A stretch of DNA of 64,000 nucleotides. It comes from Auanema rhodensis (Eukaryota; Animalia; Nematoda). Below, in pieces: positions 1 to 11,780 of this stretch. The notes under the pieces are model-generated. The model was given only the letters and a program-made list of their open reading frames with translations, searched no databases and was not told the origin of the DNA. Within the stretch, counting starts at the first letter, position 1; the number at the start of each line of letters is the position of its first letter. The stretch is from NCBI GenBank assembly GCA_964057225.1, contig OZ059895.1, positions 17,856,001 through 17,920,000 of the forward strand, in the 5' to 3' direction. Made by a program: the position numbers and the translations under genes.

Positions 1-897
1 TTAGTTCTTTCTGAGATGAAATAATTTGGGCTCGAAAAGATTTGGTAGCATAGTAATAAGCAAAAAACATAGACAACTATGAATCCAATAAAAGCTGCAA
101 AACCAAGAATGAAGAAGATCGAACATCTATCAAGGATAAGAGCAGCTACATCACGCGTTTTAAGAAACATTTCGTATTGTGTTGTACAAAGATTGAACGC
201 CTAAAAAGCTATTTCTTTGCACTAACTAGTATATCAGAAACACCTCTAAATTTTTAAGTTTCCAATCATAATTGCTAGATATTGTGTATATGCATACTAT
301 AGCTCCTGCAAGCCATCCATTATACAAAGTAAAAGTGATAAACGAGTCAAGTTTATCATTTAAATGCATAATATGATCAAATGGAAGAATAGCACGAGTT
401 CTGTAAACTAACATTCTCACGTAAATTCCCATAATTTCTAAGAGAAGAATTATATAACTAAAAATTTCATTGGTTAATTTTATACCAATGATGAATGCCA
501 CATAAACGGTATAAGCATATTCAGCTGGAATCCCTTTATTAGCTAATATTCCTAATTGTTCGAAACATAAAACATTTGGAAACATTCCAATAGTAAAACA
601 TACGCCAAATATGAAATCACTACATAAGAAACTAAAAACGGAGTCATATAAAAGAAAAAATATGCTCTTCTGGTATTGCATAGTGAAAGTTTCAACACAA
701 TTTGTCAAAAAATAATGTTCTTATGCAAAATTCAATAAAAATAAGGCAATAATTTACCATATAAGTTGAAATAGAAGAATATTCTTATACGCATTCATAT
801 GTTTAGGTGAATATGAATAAACTATGTATATAGTCAGCATAGTTGTAGCAAAGTTAATCATAGATAATACATTTTGAGCAATTATATAAGAAGTCAT
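1..897 (-). CDS. Nematode serpentine (7TM) chemoreceptor, Srh/Sri/Str-like; 3 exons visible (897-758, 631-244, 200-<1), continues past the window start
   Basis: ATG at 897. Removing GT..AG introns 757-632 (126 nt) and 243-201 (43 nt) gives one open frame with multiple hydrophobic helices, the TM1-TM2 loop motif SPKHMNAYKNILL and the TM5-TM6 motif SERTK. The exon model was inferred by hand. Confidence 0.7.
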
Positions 898-1791
898 ATC
901 GCCTTTTACTATTGATACACACATACTTAGGAAATGTTAACTGATTTATTTTACAGTTTTGAAAATTAAATATTATTTTACTTTACATGAATATAAAAAT
1001 ATATACTTTTAAGCTGATGAATATTTAAAAGTTTGAGAGTAAATATTAAAATTCATGTAAAGAAATAAAAGAGATATTAAAAAAGTTCTGCAAAACCTTT
1101 GCAGAAGAGGCGGAAAATAATAAAACTACACCATCATCTATATATTACAGAATATCACAACATAAATAAGATGGACAATATGTTATACTCCAATGAGTTT
1201 GTATTAAGGAATTAATTCACTATATTTACGTTGTGTCTGCTTATATTAGCTATTTTTTTGTACATTCCAAATAACAGCAAATTTTGTAATTGGAACTTCT
1301 GAAAAACATTTTGGAATGTCATACAAGTCAGCCAAAAATATTTTTAATTTAATTTTAAAAAAGATTAATGAATACAATTGAATCAAAGTCATGATGATTA
1401 TCAGTGGAGCGCGACTTATTAAGTATTGTTTTCTGTTATAATTTCAATAAAAAGTATAATTAACTGAAATAAACTAAGTATTACAAAACTTGAAAATATG
1501 AAATCGACCCTGTAAAACTAGAAAAAGTGACTGAAATTTGAAAATATCATCATATCAACGAGATATGACACCTTGAACATAAGCCCCCCCCCTAGTGAAC
1601 ATGTATTGCCTTCTGGTTTATATGAAGTAACGACTTTTTACTTTATCATATAGTTACCTTTTATATATAAATGTGGTCAATAGCCGAAAGGATAAGATGA
1701 CAGACTGGCACTCAAACAGTCCAAGATCGAGTCCCACAGGTTGCTGAACAGAACATAAGGTAAGACAGAAGTTATAGAAGCAGCACACCGG

Positions 1792-2486
1792 TACCAGGAC
1801 ACCGGGAACCCTGAGCACCAGGACCCCCGAGCACCAGGACACCGGGAACCCTGAGCACCAGGACCCCCGAGCACCAGGACACCGGGAACCCTGAGCACCA
1901 GGACCCCCGAGCACCAGGAACCCCGAGGACCCCCGAGCACCAGGACCCCCGAGCACCAGGAACCCCGAGGACCCCCGAGCACCAGGACCCCCGAGCACCA
2001 GGAACCCCGAGGACCCCCGAGCACCAGAACCCCCGAGCACCAGGAACCCCGAGGACCCCCGAGCACCAGGACCCCCGAGCACCAGGAACCCCGAGGACCC
2101 CCGAGCACCAGGACCCCCGAGCACCAGGACCCCCGAGCACCAGGAACCCCGAGGACCCGGAACCCCGAGGACCAGGACCCCCGAGCACCAGGAACCCCGA
2201 GGACCCGGAACCCCGAGGACCCCCGAGGACCCCCGAGCACCAGGAACCCCGAGGACCCCCGAGGACCCCCGAGCACCAGGACCCCCGAGCACCCCCGAGG
2301 ACCCCCGAGCACCAGGACCCCCGAGCACCAGGACCCCCGAGGACTCCCGAGCACCAGGACCCCCGAGGACTCCCGAGCACCAGGACCCCCGAGGACTCCC
2401 GAGGACTCCCGAGCACCAGGAAGACCAGGAACCCCGAGGACTCCCGAGCACCAGGAAGACCAGGAACCCCGAGGACTCCCGAGGAC
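1792..2486. repeat. GC-rich composite minisatellite built from modules GGACCCCCGA / GGAACCCCGA / GGACTCCCGA / GCACCA
   Basis: Irregular tandem reiteration of 6-, 10- and 16-nt modules; the + strand has almost no T; directly abuts the first tRNA-array unit. Confidence 0.9.
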
Positions 2487-5400
2487 CACCTCAGTTTGAA
2501 GAAATAACATCTGTAAATCAATTCAAAACTACCCTCAACTGCTGAGCTTCGCCTCGTTCTTGTTTCTATTTGTTGCATATTGTTCATCCACAAACAGTGA
2601 CTGTATAGAAATATTTTTTTCCTTATTGTAGCCTCTATAGCTCAGTGGCAGAGCGTTGGTCTTGTAAACCAAAGGTCGGTGGTTCAATCCCGCCTGGAGG
2701 CAATTTTTTTTCTTTCTGAACACCTCAGTTTGAAGAAATAACATCTGTAAATCAATTCAAAACTACCCTCAACTGCTGAGCTTCGCCTCGTTCTTGTTTC
2801 TATTTGTTTCATATTGTTCATCCACCAACAGTGACTGTATAGAAATATTTTTCTATCTTATTGTAGCCTCTATAGCTCAGTGGCAGAGCGTTGGTCTTGT
2901 AAACCAAAGGTCGGTGGTTCAATCCCGCCTGGAGGCAATTTTTTTTCTTTCTGAACACCTCAGTTTGAAGAAATAACATCTGTAAATCAATTCAAAACTA
3001 CCCTCAACTGCTGAGCTTCGCCTCGTTCTTGTTTCTATTTGTTTCATATTGTTCATCCACCAACAGTGACTGTATAGAAATATTTTTTTCCTTATTGTAG
3101 CCTCTATAGCTCAGTGGCAGAGCGTTGGTCTTGTAAACCAAAGGTCGGTGGTTCAATCCCGCCTGGAGGCAATTTTTTTCTTTCTGAACACCTCAGTTTG
3201 AAGAAATAACATCTGTAAATCAATTCAAAATTACCCTCAACTGCTGAGCTTCGCCTCGTTCTTGTTTCTATTTGTTTCATATTGTTCATCCACAAACAGT
3301 GACTGTATAGAAATATTTTTCTATCTTATTGTAGCCTCTATAGCTCAGTGGCAGAGCGTTGGTCTTGTAAACCAAAGGTCGGTGGTTCAATCCCGCCTGG
3401 AGGCATTTTTTTTCTTTCTGAACACCTTAGTTTGAAGAAATAACATCTGTAAATCAATTCAAAACTACCCTCAACTGCTGAGCTTCGCCTCGTTCTTGTT
3501 TCTATTTGTTTCATATTGTTCATCCACCAACAGTGACTGTATAGAAATATTTTTCTATCTTATTGTAGCCTCTATAGCTCAGTCGCCTGGAGGCAATTTT
3601 TTTCTTTCTGAACACCTCAGTTTGAAGAAATAACATCTGTAAATCAATTCAAAATTACCCTCAACTGCTGAGCTTCGCCTCGTTCTTGTTTCTATTTGTT
3701 TCATATTGTTCATCCACCAACAGTGACTGTATAGAAATATTTTTCTATCTTATTGTAGCCTCTATAGCTCAGTCGCCTGGAGGCAATTTTTTTTCTTTCT
3801 GAACACCTCAGTTTGAAGAAATAACATCTGTAAATCAATTCAAAATTACCCTCAACTGCTGAGCTTCCCCTCGTTCTTGTTTCTATTTGTTTCATATTGT
3901 TCATCCACCAACAGTGACTGTATAGAAATATTTTTCTATCTTATTGTAGCCTCTATAGCTCAGTGGCAGAGCGTTGGTCTTGTAAACCAAAGGTCGGTGG
4001 TTCAATCCCGCCTGGAGGCAATTTTTTTTCTTTCTGAACACCTCAGTTTGAAGAAATAACATCTGTAAATCAATTCAAAACTACCCTCAACTGCTGAGCT
4101 TCGCCTCGTTCTTGTTTCTATTTGTTGCATATTGTTCATCCACAAACAGTGACTGTATAGAAATATTTTTTTCCTTATTGTAGCCTCTATAGCTCAGTGG
4201 CAGAGCGTTGGTCTTGTAAACCAAAGGTCGGTGGTTCAATCCCGCCTGGAGGCAATTTTTTTTCTTTCTGAACACCTCAGTTTGAAGAAATAACATCTGT
4301 AAATCAATTCAAAATTACCCTCAACTGCTGAGCTTCGCCTCGTTCTTGTTTCTATTTGTTTCATATTGTTCATCCACCAACAGTGACTGTATAGAAATAT
4401 TTTTCTATCTTATTGTAGCCTCTATAGCTCAGTCGCCTGGAGGCAATTTTTTTTCTTTCTGAACACCTCAGTTTGAAGAAATAACATCTGTAAATCAATT
4501 CAAAATTACCCTCAACTGCTGAGCTTCGCCTCGTTCTTGTTTCTATTTGTTTCATATTGTTCATCCACCAACAGTGACTGTATAGAAATATTTTTCTATC
4601 TTATTGTAGCCTCTATAGCTCAGTGGCAGAGCGTTGGTCTTGTAAACCAAAGGTCGGTGGTTCAATCCCGCCTGGAGGCAATTTTTTTTCTTTCTGAACA
4701 CCTCAGTTTGAAGAAATAACATCTGTAAATCAATTCAAAACTACCCTCAACTGCTGAGCTTCGCCTCGTTCTTGTTTCTATTTGTTGCATATTGTTCATC
4801 CACAAACAGTGACTGTATAGAAATATTTTTTTCCTTATTGTAGCCTCTATAGCTCAGTGGCAGAGCGTTGGTCTTGTAAACCAAAGGTCGGTGGTTCAAT
4901 CCCGCCTGGAGGCAATTTTTTTTCTTTCTGAACACCTCAGTTTGAAGAAATAACATCTGTAAATCAATTCAAAACTACCCTCAACTGCTGAGCTTCGCCT
5001 CGTTCTTGTTTCTATTTGTTTCATATTGTTCATCCACCAACAGTGACTGTATAGAAATATTTTTATTTCTTATTGTAGCCTCTATAGCTCAGTGGCAGAG
5101 CGTTGGTCTTGTAAACCAAAGGTCGGTGGTTCAATCCCGCCTGGAGGCAATTTTTTTCTTTCTGAACACCTCAGTTTGAAGAAATAACATCTGTAAATCA
5201 ATTCAAAATTACCCTCAACTGCTGAGCTTCGCCTCGTTCTTGTTTCTATTTGTTTCATATTGTTCATCCACAAACAGTGACTGTATAGAAATATTTTTCT
5301 ATCTTATTGTAGCCTCTATAGCTCAGTGGCAGAGCGTTGGTCTTGTAAACCAAAGGTCGGTGGTTCAATCCCGCCTGGAGGCATTTTTTTTCTTTCTGAA

Positions 5401-8400
5401 CACCTTAGTTTGAAGAAATAACATCTGTAAATCAATTCAAAACTACCCTCAACTGCTGAGCTTCGCCTCGTTCTTGTTTCTATTTGTTTCATATTGTTCA
5501 TCCACCAACAGTGACTGTATAGAAATATTTTTCTATCTTATTGTAGCCTCTATAGCTCAGTCGCCTGGAGGCAATTTTTTTCTTTCTGAACACCTCAGTT
5601 TGAAGAAATAACATCTGTAAATCAATTCAAAATTACCCTCAACTGCTGAGCTTCGCCTCGTTCTTGTTTCTATTTGTTTCATATTGTTCATCCACAAACA
5701 GTGACTGTATAGAAATATTTTTCTATCTTATTGTAGCCTCTATAGCTCAGTCGCCTGGAGGCAATTTTTTTCTTTCTGAACACCTCAGTTTGAAGAAATA
5801 ACATCTGTAAATCAATTCAAAATTACCCTCAACTGCTGAGCTTCGCCTCGTTCTTGTTTCTATTTGTTTCATATTGTTCATCCACAAACAGTGACTGTAT
5901 AGAAATATTTTTCTATCTTATTGTAGCCTCTATAGCTCAGTCGCCTGGAGGCAATTTTTTTCTTTCTGAACACCTTAGTTTGAAGAAATAACATCTGTAA
6001 ATCAATTCAAAATTACCCTCAACTGCTGAGCTTCGCCTCGTTCTTGTTTCTATTTGTTTCATATTGTTCATCCACCAACAGTGACTGTATAGAAATATTT
6101 TTCTATCTTATTGTAGCCTCTATAGCTCAGTGGCAGAGCGTTGGTCTTGTAAACCAAAGGTCGGTGGTTCAATCCCGCCTGGAGGCAATTTTTTTTCTTT
6201 CTGAACACCTCAGTTTGAAGAAATAACATCTGTAAATCAATTCAAAACTACCCTCAACTGCTGAGCTTCGCCTCGTTCTTGTTTCTATTTGTTTCATATT
6301 GTTCATCCACCAACAGTGACTGTATAGAAATATTTTTCTATCTTATTGTAGCCTCTATAGCTCAGTCGCCTGGAGGCAATTTTTTTTCTTTCTGAACACC
6401 TCAGTTTGAAGAAATAACATCTGTAAATCAATTCAAAACTACCCTCAACTGCTGAGCTTCGCCTCGTTCTTGTTTCTATTTGTTTCATATTGTTCATCCA
6501 CAAACAGTGACTGTATAGAAATATTTTTCTATCTTATTGTAGCCTCTATAGCTCAGTCGCCTGGAGGCAATTTTTTTTCTTTCTGAACACCTCAGTTTGA
6601 AGAAATAACATCTGTAAATCAATTCAAAATTACCCTCAACTGCTGAGCTTCGCCTCGTTCTTGTTTCTATTTGTTTCATATTGTTCATCCACCAACAGTG
6701 ACTGTATAGAAATATTTTTCTATCTTATTGTAGCCTCTATAGCTCAGTGGCAGAGCGTTGGTCTTGTAAACCAAAGGTCGGTGGTTCAATCCCGCCTGGA
6801 GGCAATTTTTTTTCTTTCTGAACACCTCAGTTTGAAGAAATAACATCTGTAAATCAATTCAAAACTACCCTCAACTGCTGAGCTTCGCCTCGTTCTTGTT
6901 TCTATTTGTTGCATATTGTTCATCCACAAACAGTGACTGTATAGAAATATTTTTTTCCTTATTGTAGCCTCTATAGCTCAGTGGCAGAGCGTTGGTCTTG
7001 TAAACCAAAGGTCGGTGGTTCAATCCCGCCTGGAGGCAATTTTTTTTCTTTCTGAACACCTCAGTTTGAAGAAATAACATCTGTAAATCAATTCAAAATT
7101 ACCCTCAACTGCTGAGCTTCGCCTCGTTCTTGTTTCTATTTGTTTCATATTGTTCATCCACCAACAGTGACTGTATAGAAATATTTTTCTATCTTATTGT
7201 AGCCTCTATAGCTCAGTCGCCTGGAGGCAATTTTTTTTCTTTCTGAACACCTCAGTTTGAAGAAATAAAATCTGTAAATCAATTCAAAATTACCCTCAAC
7301 TGCTGAGCTTCGCCTCGTTCTTGTTTCTATTTGTTGCATATTGTTCATCCACAAACAGTGACTGTATAGAAATATTTTTCTATCTTATTGTAGCCTCTAT
7401 AGCTCAGTCGCCTGGAGGCAATTTTTTTTCTTTCTGAACACCTCAGTTTGAAGAAATAACATCTGTAAATCAATTCAAAATTACCCTCAACTGCTGAGCT
7501 TCGCCTCGTTCTTGTTTCTATTTGTTGCATATTGTTCATCCACAAACAGTGACTGTATAGAAATATTTTTATTCCTTATTGTAGCCTCTATAGCTCAGTG
7601 GCAGAGCGTTGGTCTTGTAAACCAAAGGTCGGTGGTTCAATCCCGCCTGGAGGCAATTTTTTTTCTTTCTGAACACCTCAGTTTGAAGAAATAACATCTG
7701 TAAATCAATTCAGAATTACCCTCAACTGCTGAGCTTCGCCTCGTTCTTGTTTCTATTTGTTTCATATTGTTCATCCACAAACAGTGACTGTATAGAAATA
7801 TTTTTCTATCTTATTGTAGCCTCTATAGCTCAGTGGCAGAGCGTTGGTCTTGTAAACCAAAGGTCGGTGGTTCAATCCCGCCTGGAGGCAATTTTTTTTC
7901 TTTCTGAACACCTCAGTTTGAAGAAATAACATCTGTAAATCAATTCAGAATTACCCTCAACTGCTGAGCTTCGCCTCGTTCTTGTTTCTATTTGTTGCAT
8001 ATTGTTCATCCACAAACAGTGACTGTATAGAAATATTTTTATTCCTTTTTGTAGCCTCTATAGCTCAGTGGCAGAGCGTTGGTCTTGTAAACCAAAGGTC
8101 GGTGGTTCAATCCCGCCTGGAGGCAATTTTTTTTCTTTCTGAACACCTCAGTTTGAAGAAATAACATCTGTAAATCAATTCAGAATTACCCTCAACTCCT
8201 GAGCTTCGCCTCGTTCTTGTTTCTATTTGTTTCATATTGTTCATCCACAAACAGTGACTGAAAAGAAATAAGAAAGAAATATATAAATATTTTTCTATCT
8301 TATTGTAGCCTCTATAGCTCAGTGGCAGAGCGTTGGTCTTGTAAACCAAAGGTCGGTGGTTCAATCCCGCCTGGAGGCAATTTTTTTTCTTTCTGAACAC

Positions 8401-10714
8401 CTCAGTTTGAAGAAATAACATCTGTAAATCAATTCAGAATTACCCTCAACTCCTGAGCTTCGCCTCGTTCTTGTTTCTATTTGTTTCATATTGTTCATCC
8501 ACAAACAGTGACTGAAAAGAAATAAGAAAGAAATATATAAATATTTTTCTATCTTATTGTAGCCTCTATAGCTCAGTGGCAGAGCGTTGGTCTTGTAAAC
8601 CAAAGGTCGGTGGTTCAATCCCGCCTGGAGGCAATTTTTTTTCTTTCTGAACACCTCAGTTTGAAGAAATAACATCTGTAAATCAATTCAGAATTACCCT
8701 CAACTGCTGAGCTTCGCCTCGTTCTTGTTTCTATTTGTTGCATATTGTTCATCCACAAACAGTGACTGTATAGAAATATTTTTCTATCTTATTGTAGCCT
8801 CTATAGCTCAGTGGCAGAGCGTTGGTCTTGTAAACCAAAGGTCGGTGGTTCAATCCCGCCTGGAGGCAATTTTTTTTCTTTCTGAACACCTCAGTTTGAA
8901 GAAATAACATCTGTAAATCAATTCAAAACTACCCTCAACTGCTGAGCTTCGCCTCGTTCTTGTTTCTATTTGTTGCATATTGTTCATCCACAAACAGTGA
9001 CTGTATAGAAATATTTTTTTCCTTATTGTAGCCTCTATAGCTCAGTGGCAGAGCGTTGGTCTTGTAAACCAAAGGTCGGTGGTTCAATCCCGCCTGGAGG
9101 CAATTTTTTTTCTTTCTGAACACCTCAGTTTGAAGAAATAACATCTGTAAATCAATTCAAAATTACCCTCAACTGCTGAGCTTCGCCTCGTTCTTGTTTC
9201 TATTTGTTTCATATTGTTCATCCACCAACAGTGACTGTATAGAAATATTTTTCTATCTTATTGTAGCCTCTATAGCTCAGTCGCCTGGAGGCAATTTTTT
9301 TCTTTCTGAACACCTCAGTTTGAAGAAATAACATCTGTAAATCAATTCAAAATTACCCTCAACTGCTGAGCTTCGCCTCGTTCTTGTTTCTATTTGTTTC
9401 ATATTGTTCATCCACAAACAGTGACTGTATAGAAATATTTTTCTATCTTATTGTAGCCTCTATAGCTCAGTGGCAGAGCGTTGGTCTTGTAAACCAAAGG
9501 TCGGTGGTTCAATCCCGCCTGGAGGCATTTTTTTTCTTTCTGAACACCTTAGTTTGAAGAAATAACATCTGTAAATCAATTCAAAACTACCCTCAACTGC
9601 TGAGCTTCGCCTCGTTCTTGTTTCTATTTGTTTCATATTGTTCATCCACCAACAGTGACTGTATAGAAATATTTTTCTATCTTATTGTAGCCTCTATAGC
9701 TCAGTCGCCTGGAGGCAATTTTTTTCTTTCTGAACACCTCAGTTTGAAGAAATAACATCTGTAAATCAATTCAAAATTACCCTCAACTGCTGAGCTTCGC
9801 CTCGTTCTTGTTTCTATTTGTTTCATATTGTTCATCCACCAACAGTGACTGTATAGAAATATTTTTCTATCTTATTGTAGCCTCTATAGCTCAGTCGCCT
9901 GGAGGCAATTTTTTTTCTTTCTGAACACCTCAGTTTGAAGAAATAACATCTGTAAATCAATTCAAAATTACCCTCAACTGCTGAGCTTCGCCTCGTTCTT
10001 GTTTCTATTTGTTTCATATTGTTCATCCACCAACAGTGACTGTATAGAAATAAGAAAGAAATATATAAATATTTTTATTCCTTATTGTAGCCTCTATAGC
10101 TCAGTGGCAGAGCGTTGGTCTTGTAAACCAAAGGTCGGTGGTTCAATCCCGCCTGGAGGCAATTTTTTTTCTTTCTGAACACCTCAGTTTGAAGAAATAA
10201 CATCTGTAAATCAATTCAGAATTACCCTCAACTCCTGAGCTTCGCCTCGTTCTTGTTTCTATTTGTTTCATATTGTTCATCCACAAACAGTGACTGAAAA
10301 GAAATAAGAAAGAAATATATAAATATTTTTCTATCTTGTTGTAGCCTCTATAGCTCAGTGGCAGAGCGTTGGTCTTGTAAACCAAAGGTCGGTGGTTCAA
10401 TCCCGCCTGGAGGCATTTTTTTCATTCTGAACACCTCAGTTTGAAGAAATAACATCTGTAAATCAATTCAGAATTACCCTCAACTGCTGAGCTTCGCCTC
10501 GTTCTTGTTTCTATTTGTTTCATATTGTTCATCCACAAACAGTGACTGTATAGAAATATTTTTATATCTTATTGTAGCCTCTATAGCTCAGTGGCAGAGC
10601 GTTGGTCTTGTAAACCAAAGGTCGGTGGTTCAATCCCGCCTGGAGGCATTTTTTTTCTTTCTGAACACCTCAGTTTGAAGAAATAACATCTGTAAATCAA
10701 TTCAAAACTACCCT
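2487..10714 (+). repeat. tRNA-Thr(TGT) tandem array block 1 (~37 units, 13 with a 44-nt internal tRNA deletion)
   Basis: 234-235-bp unit (72-nt tRNA + ~162-nt spacer); 190-191-bp deleted units; a few ~254-bp units with a spacer insertion. Confidence 0.95.
2631..2702 (+). tRNA. tRNA-Thr(TGT), first copy and representative of the array unit
   Basis: 72-nt cloverleaf: acceptor GCCTCTA/TGGAGGC, D stem GCTC/GAGC, anticodon stem TTGGT/ACCAA with loop CT-TGT-AA (anticodon 2663-2665), T arm GGTGG-TTCAATC-CCGCC, discriminator A, no encoded CCA, followed by an oligo-T Pol III terminator. Confidence 0.97.
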
Positions 10715-11080
10715 CGTTCCATTATGCTCCTACGTATATTGAACAGACCATTGTAGTCTGCTCAACTACGCGTATAGTATTCCATAAGTGTAGCGGTATG
10801 GAAACAGAGCATAAGGATTACATAAGATAAGGAAATATATAGGTTTATTATACACAATACAATATCATTACAATACAATAACACAAGTATAAAGTAAACT
10901 ACATTTACAAGACAAAGACTAATATATAAGATTAACTAAGTTAGATGCAAACCGTCCATGGGCTTGCAAAGGGGCGAACTCCCGAATAGGGGCATGAGGG
11001 AAGGCGGTGCCATTCCTCATTCCTCTAGTCGGTCTGGCTCTAACCCTGTAGTTACATATATAGAGTCTCCGAATGGAACG
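10715..11080 (-). repeat. 3' LTR of gypsy family A
   Basis: Direct repeat of 22418-22783; 9-bp terminal inverted repeat CGTTCCATT...AATGGAACG; AATAAA on the - strand near 10844-10849. Confidence 0.95.
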
Positions 11081-11090
11081 TGCCCTTTTT
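11081..11090 (-). promoter_or_regulatory. Polypurine tract of family A (AAAAAGGGCA)
   Basis: Purine run abutting the 3' LTR; the identical sequence abuts the family B LTR (25986-25995). Confidence 0.85.
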
Positions 11091-11780
11091 CAAAGATTGT
11101 CGCGACCTCGCGATATTTTAAACAAAAATTTTGGGCTTATATGTAACTGAGTTTTAGAGTTCAATTGTTTTAGCTTCACAATAACTATAGTATGATAGAG
11201 TTTTAGTTAGTATACAAACAAAATTACAATAATTTATAAGAAGGGTTCAATATAATATGAAGTGACGATGAATTAGAATATTATTAATTTCATAAATTAA
11301 TTATCTTAATATTCAAGCATTTCCTAATAGAGATTGTAGAATAAGGGGCTAGTAATGAATGGGAATATGTTATTATTTTGACTAATGGTCTCAAGAAGTA
11401 CTCATTTCTAAATTGAACCGAGATTATGATTTAATAATGTGTCTCCATATGTCTCCCAGAGTGAATCCTTGATTACTAATGGAGACTACCACTTAAGATG
11501 AAATTGTGGTTGATACGCCTACCAGTGTTTATCTCATCTTATTTGGAGAGGCACATGGAGCTCGGATGGTTGTCAAAATGTCCTCTAGTCCGCATAGGAT
11601 TACGGTAACTTGGAACCATTAGTCATAACATCTCCTCGTTTAGAATTTGCCTTATTTTTCCTTTCTCAATCTCTATTAAATGCTATTTTTATTTTGAATG
11701 TTATTTAGTATTAATTTTTTTTTCTCTAATTCATCTTTATTTTGTTACAATAATTTAAATAACGTAGCATTATCTTGTTG

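Noticed and set aside
226-708. 160-aa ORF as a standalone gene
   Set aside because: It is the middle exon of the spliced chemoreceptor gene plus flanking intron sequence
1654-2593. Three overlapping Gly/Pro/Arg-rich ORFs (265-277 aa), superficially collagen-like
   Set aside because: Artefacts of a minisatellite lacking stop codons on the - strand; module lengths (10, 16 nt) are not multiples of 3 and there is no Gly-X-Y periodicity
2661-2670. Reading the anticodon as GTA (Tyr)
   Set aside because: The stem TTGGT/ACCAA encloses the loop CTTGTAA, which centres TGT (Thr)
2804-2811. TTGTTTCA in the spacer resembling the nematode piRNA upstream motif CTGTTTCA
   Set aside because: Imperfect match in T-rich sequence with no further support
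2487-10714. CRISPR-like regular repeat
   Set aside because: Spacers are near-identical, the unit is a eukaryotic tRNA gene, and there are no cas genes
10958-11146. 62/63-aa ORF in both family A LTRs
   Set aside because: Short, runs out of the LTR into different flanks, and has no recognisable counterpart in the family B LTR
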